NCBI RefSeq assembly: GCF_009914755.1
Contig: NC_060931.1
Reading direction: 5' to 3' (one strand)
Length of the DNA: 64,000 bases
From: the human T2T-CHM13v2.0 reference genome, Homo sapiens
In this document: piece after piece, positions 58,630 through 64,000 of the stretch
How the letters are laid out: the number at the start of each line of letters is the position of its first letter
Position numbering within the stretch: the first letter of the stretch is position 1
Translations under genes and position numbers: made by a program
The notes under the pieces: model-generated
The model's input: the letters and a program-made list of their open reading frames with translations, nothing else
Databases searched by the model: none
Told to the model about the DNA's origin: nothing

Positions 58630-59240
58630 TAAAAAAATAATTTGAGATGAAATTCACATGACATAAAATTGATCATTTTAAAGCGAAGAATTCATTGACA
58701 TTTAATGCATTCACAATGTTGTATGATCTCTACACCTATCTAGTTCTAAACCATTTCCATCACTCCAAAGTAAAACGCCTTACCCAATAAGCAGTTTCTT
58801 TCATTAACCCATTTCCCTAGACCCTGGCAACTACCAGTCTGAGTTCTCTCTCTATGGATTTATCTTTTCTGGATATTTCATATAATTGGAATTATACAAT
58901 ATGTGATCTTTGCATCTGACTTCTTTTACTTAGCATAATGTGCTGAAGGTTTATCCACTTTGTAGCATGTAGCAGTACTTTATTCCTTTTTATGGCTGTA
59001 TAATAGTCCATTATGTGGCTGTACCATGCTTTGTTTTTCCACTCATTTATTGATGGATATTTGGGCTATTTCCACCTTTTGGTTATTGTGAATAGAGCTG
59101 CTATGAACATGTGTGTATGTGTTTGAGTACCTGTATTCAGTTCTTTTGGGTATATACCTAGAAGTAGGGTTGTGGGATCATATGGTAATTCTATGTTTAA
59201 CTTTTTGAGGAACAGCCAAGTGGTCTTCCACAGCAGTGGA
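58630..59240 (-). mobile_element. L1MB-like 3' end
   Basis: gcattcacaatgttgt...ccctggcaactacca...gtttaactttttgaggaac. Confidence 0.85.
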
Positions 59241-62200
59241 ATGATTTTTAAAAGCTATTCCTAACTTTATGTTCATTATCAAAATCAAAATGCTCAATTT
59301 GGAAACATACTTTCCTCAATGCTTTGATTTTTGTTATTAAAAATAGATTATTCTTTAACATATCCACCACTTTTTCCAAAGTTACTTAAAAAAAAAAAAC
59401 TTTGGATAATTTCCATATTCATCTCAGGAGAGTTTGTAAGACTCTCAGAAAAAGATTCCAGGCTTTTAATTTCTAGTCTTCCGCTCTAAGACAACTAGCT
59501 CTTCCCTAAGATAGCAGAAGTCAATTTAAATGTTCGGGCACAGTATCTATTTTCCATATGACTTCATGAAAATGAAACAAAAATTAAAAAATTAGGCTGA
59601 GTGTTCAATAACACTTTATTTATGGAGTTAATAAATATTTACTCTGAATGGGAAGAAAAGAGATCTGCATTTGACAGTTACCTATGAAATAGAATTAATT
59701 TTTTTCTTCTTTGTCATGTTGCTGGGGTTTTTGAAGATTTGCCTAAAAAGATAGTCTTTTAGTTTGGACCCTTTTAACTTCACATGACATATCTCATTAC
59801 CAAGTACATTCAGAAATAGTGTTTGAATTCTGCAGTTTTTAATTTTAGCAACCAGCAGTCAGTTTGTATTGCTTTCTAAGTGCTGGTGAAGCTAATTCTT
59901 CCCATATCTAAGGTCGTTTTAATTTCATTTCTTTATTTGACATCTTTATGATATTCAAACATGAAGATGTATAGTTTTTTTGTAGGGTAGGAACACTAGG
60001 TTAATTATTAAATAATAAACTAAATCAAAATCTAAAACCTTGACTCTAGTTTGATTACACAAGAATGTTTTATTGGGATAATACTTGTTCCTTGTTAGCT
60101 TCTCCTATTATGAAATGTTCTCCTTGTGTTAAACATATAAAATATTCCAAATTTGGATCATTAGCCATGACTGTCTTTTGTATCCCAGATATATTTACAT
60201 TTGAAGTTGGTCAGGCTTTCCTTGTAATCATTTCATTGATTGAGGAAATATGTAAAGTTTTTTTGACAAGAAATATAATGTCAGTTTGTAAATGCAGTAA
60301 TATAGTTGAGACGTGGCATTGGAAGATGGCACAGAGTAAATTTAACTCTTAAGTTGCCACAATTATTAGATATCAGAAATGTTCCCCCATGAATGGCTGC
60401 ATATTTCTGAAAACACTCTAGGGTGACTGTAAAAAATATTACAGTAGATTGACTTGGAAAATCACAGTAGCTGAATTTGAAACTGTAAACGTTCCTAATG
60501 TATGTAGTTCACATTATTTCTGGCAGTGACAGAAAAAGTGGTGGTAAGTTCTACTTGCGGTTAAATGAAGTTTAAAAAAATGAACTTAGGCACATGCTTA
60601 TGGAAAATATTTAAATATTCTGAGTGGGTTCTTCCAAACCTACTCCATACAAATGAGGGATATTACTCAGAATAAGTCAAATTCAGGTTACCCAGGAAGG
60701 GCAAAAGGACACATGTTGGATGGGCAGCTCTTTTTGCAAAATGAGAGTGGTCTTCTCAAGAAGCAGTCATGAAGCCATACTCTGTCCACTTTTTAAAAAA
60801 TGGATATTTAAAGTTAGGAAATATTTAAAGGAAACCTGAGTGAGTAGATTAACTACAATCACTTTGCACGTTAAACATTTTAGGACTTAGGACAGTAGGG
60901 ACAAGCTAGGAGAAAATGGGTGAATGGGTGAAATAAGGGTGTGTGCTCAGCTAAATAGATCTGGGGAGGCCTGGAGGGTCTGCCTAAAAAGTAATAGACC
61001 TGTAGTTTGATGAGATTTGCCAAGACTTTTTAAAGGGAGTGGTATTCCCAGGCTCTCTTTGTATTTAGTTATCACTGCCAGAGGATTGAGGCTATTGTGC
61101 AGCTGAACAGACAGACAATTGACAAAACCAAACCAAAATCCTTGCTTAGCGTCACGTAGACCAAAACACAGACAGGCAACAGCTTAGATTTTCCTTTTGT
61201 AACCAATTGTGCTGGCATTGTGTATGCAGAAGTGAAATAGCAAAGGGAGTTTCTACATTAACTTTTTGATAGGGGGAATGCCTGCATCTTGCTCTGTAGA
61301 TCCAGTTTCAGTTAGGAAACTTGTGAAAGAAAAAAAAAATAGTTGTCTTGTTTAGATTAGTGGGAGAAATGGGTCCCAAAATATTTCCTTGTTACAATGA
61401 TCCCTTCCAGTCTTAAAAATTCTGTGATTCTGGACTGTGAGTTTATACAGTATCTCTGTGAGCCAGGATGTGCTTTTACACTTCTCTTAGTCTCTTATTT
61501 TTGTCTGAAATAAAGCTAATCAGATTCCTCTACACTGGAACAAGTTTCAGCTAGTACAATCGGGTTTATAGCAACCAGATTGTAAACAAAATTTTAAAAT
61601 CATGTTTTTTAAGTATTTTAGACAGTTAAGCTATTCTGTTTTCCAAAGCAGAAGAGAATGAGACCCACCAAATATTAAACAAATGTAAAGTTCCTACATT
61701 CACTTATGGAAATATTAAACTTAAAATTTAAATTTGATCTCCTATCAACCCACCCCTTTCTGAAATTCTGAGTTGACATTTATGTTTTATGTGGGTATAT
61801 GAAAACTTTAAAATAATGTAATATTTTTCTGGATGTATCCATTGCCTGTTGTTCAGTGAGGTAGACAAATCTTACAGTATAATGTCCTTAAGTATTTTTA
61901 GATGTGCTAATTTTAAAATACAGTGTATTTTGTGCTTTTAAATGGCAATTCTAAATTTTTTGTTAAGTTAAAATCATACATCATTTATAATATATCCAAA
62001 TTTGTGTAATGCTTACTGAAATTCATTTTATAAATTTGACTGTCTGGTTTGGTTAATAGGATTGCTTAAAATGCTAATATACTTGAAAAACATTAGCTTT
62101 ATTTAACTAAAGACAGACATTATCAGAAAAGCTAGGTCAAGATAAAACAAACATGAGCCTTACGAAAATGAGGGAACTATTTTTTGGTAACCTGGGGTAA

Positions 62201-62739
62201 TTTTAAAAACTAAGGGTTGTAGATCAGAAGATTTGGGATTTCCTGGTTTTCTACTTACTCCCTGGCTTTATTTTCTCTTCTGTAAAATAGGAGTAATATC
62301 TCTTTTCTTCACAGTAGACAGAATGAGAATAATAAATATGTAATGGATATGAAACTGGAAAACTTCTTTACAATTATGTAAAGACTTTTGGGGAGGGAGT
62401 GAGGACTAGTTTGCTTTAAACTTCAGTTTTTCACCAGAATTTTTAAAGGTCTCCATTTAGATGATCCAAATGAAAATGTAATAACATCTGTTCAATAATT
62501 TTTTTCCTACTGGAGTATAGGAAGATACACTGATTTTTTCAGATTGTTCTGTTAGGTTGTAAATAAAAAGTGCTAGTGATTTCATTCTCAGTTTTTATAT
62601 TATATATTTAATTAATATTTGATATTATAAAGCACATTTATCAGTTAATTTTATTATATTCTCATGAGTCTATTACATAACTATTATTATAATGAACATT
62701 TTACAGATGAGGAAATCGAGACTTAGAAACACTTCCTTT

Positions 62740-62905
<166 letters not shown>

Positions 62906-63504
62906 TAACTATTTACTGTTTTTTCTGCCAACCCCAGGTGCTACTGATGGTACGTCAGTTAATCAGATATTATAATTTAATTGCTGATTATGTTGTTCTT
63001 TAATAATTTTGTTGGTTCTTCCATAAAAGCCAGAGTTCCTGTACGTGTCTCAGTTGTTTTGCAGCATGTAGAGATGGGATCTGTGGTAATTCCTGTTAAT
63101 TTTGCTTTGGAGGTAATACTTTTTTGGTGCTAGAAAGCTAGTGTCTGTAAGGAAAAAAAAAAACATGATTTATTCTTTTTTTTTTTCAGCTTCCTCTCAT
63201 TAATGCTTTCATGAGGCATATTTATTTTATGATCGTGTAAAATTTCCCAATGCAGATCTCTTCTTGGGGTGGAGTTGTGGTGGGTGGGGCACTGTGAACT
63301 GCACACCTGCAGAGGAATGCCAGCAGGGGAAACATGAATGTTATTTTGCCCAAAGTACTTTAGTTAATACAGTGAAGGATTGTTCCTTCTTTGGCAGTTT
63401 CTTATATTAAAAAGATAAAATGAACACTCTATAAATATTAACGGATTTCAGTGCACTCTTATTCTCTCAAAAGTGTCTGGTTTTGAATTATAAATCCCTT
63501 TCTG

Positions 63505-63730
63505 TGACCTATCTGGGTTTGAATCCTGTCTCTCACCTATTAGTTGTATGTCCTTGGACATGTTACTGCCTATATCTCAGTTTTCTCATCTGTAAAGTGT
63601 GGTGACAATAGCCTCATTTTGTAAGGTTATTGTATGGATTGAGTTAATACATATGGATACATGTTTACTTAGAACAGTGCATGGCACATACTAAATGCTC
63701 AATAAATGTCAGCTGCTATCACTATATATT
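63505..63730 (+). mobile_element. MIR
   Basis: ctgggtttgaatcctg...ctcagttttctcatctgtaaa...cttagaacagtgcatggcacata. Confidence 0.85.
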
Positions 63731-63907
63731 ATTATTTTCTTGCTTTGTTGCTGACAGTTAACTGGACTATTAACTTGAAAAAATACCCTTTCTAGCAATA
63801 AAAAGGATTTCATTTCTTACTATATTTGATGAACTATAAAAATGAATCAAGTTGATATAAATCAAGGAAGATCATTTAACTAGCAGTAGTGGTAGTCTTT
63901 GTCCCCC

Positions 63908-64000
63908 AGCTTTATTGAAGTGTACCTGACAAATAAAAGTTGTATATATTTAAAGTATATAACATTTTTTGAGAGAGAGATATATATATATATACACACA
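63908..64000 (-). mobile_element. L1MA 3' terminus with (GA)n(TA)n(CA)n, cut by the window edge
   Basis: agctttattgaagtgtacctgacaaataaaagttgtatatatttaa. Confidence 0.7.

Noticed and set aside
63320-63332. CCAGCAGGGGGA as a CTCF site
   Set aside because: The conserved C is replaced and the 3' flank (aaac) is poor.

Overview
Primate (human or great-ape-like) non-coding genomic DNA, AT-rich and dense in repeats. I recognise no host protein-coding exon, RNA gene or CRISPR array. The only real coding sequence belongs to a decayed, full-span L1PA3-type LINE-1 on the minus strand (about 1197-6498). It keeps its 5'UTR, including the 129-bp ZNF93-target segment and antisense ORF0, but has two large internal ORF2 deletions. 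It is the innermost layer of a four-level L1 nest in which one target site was used twice in succession. The rest holds about 12 Alus, three sense-strand solo LTRs plus an old MLT1, DNA-transposon fossils (Tigger2a, MER20, MER94, MER5A, MER103-like), L1M/L2/MIR fragments and several repeat-poor blocks with enhancer-like motif clusters. Most L1s are on the minus strand and the three sense-strand LTRs appear to have lost their polyA signals, so the window is probably part of a long intron of a gene transcribed on the + strand; this is inference and I cannot name the gene. I found no convincing new biological system. The best leads concern retrotransposon mechanics and regulatory exaptation. Subfamily names and consensus comparisons are from memory, not from a search.
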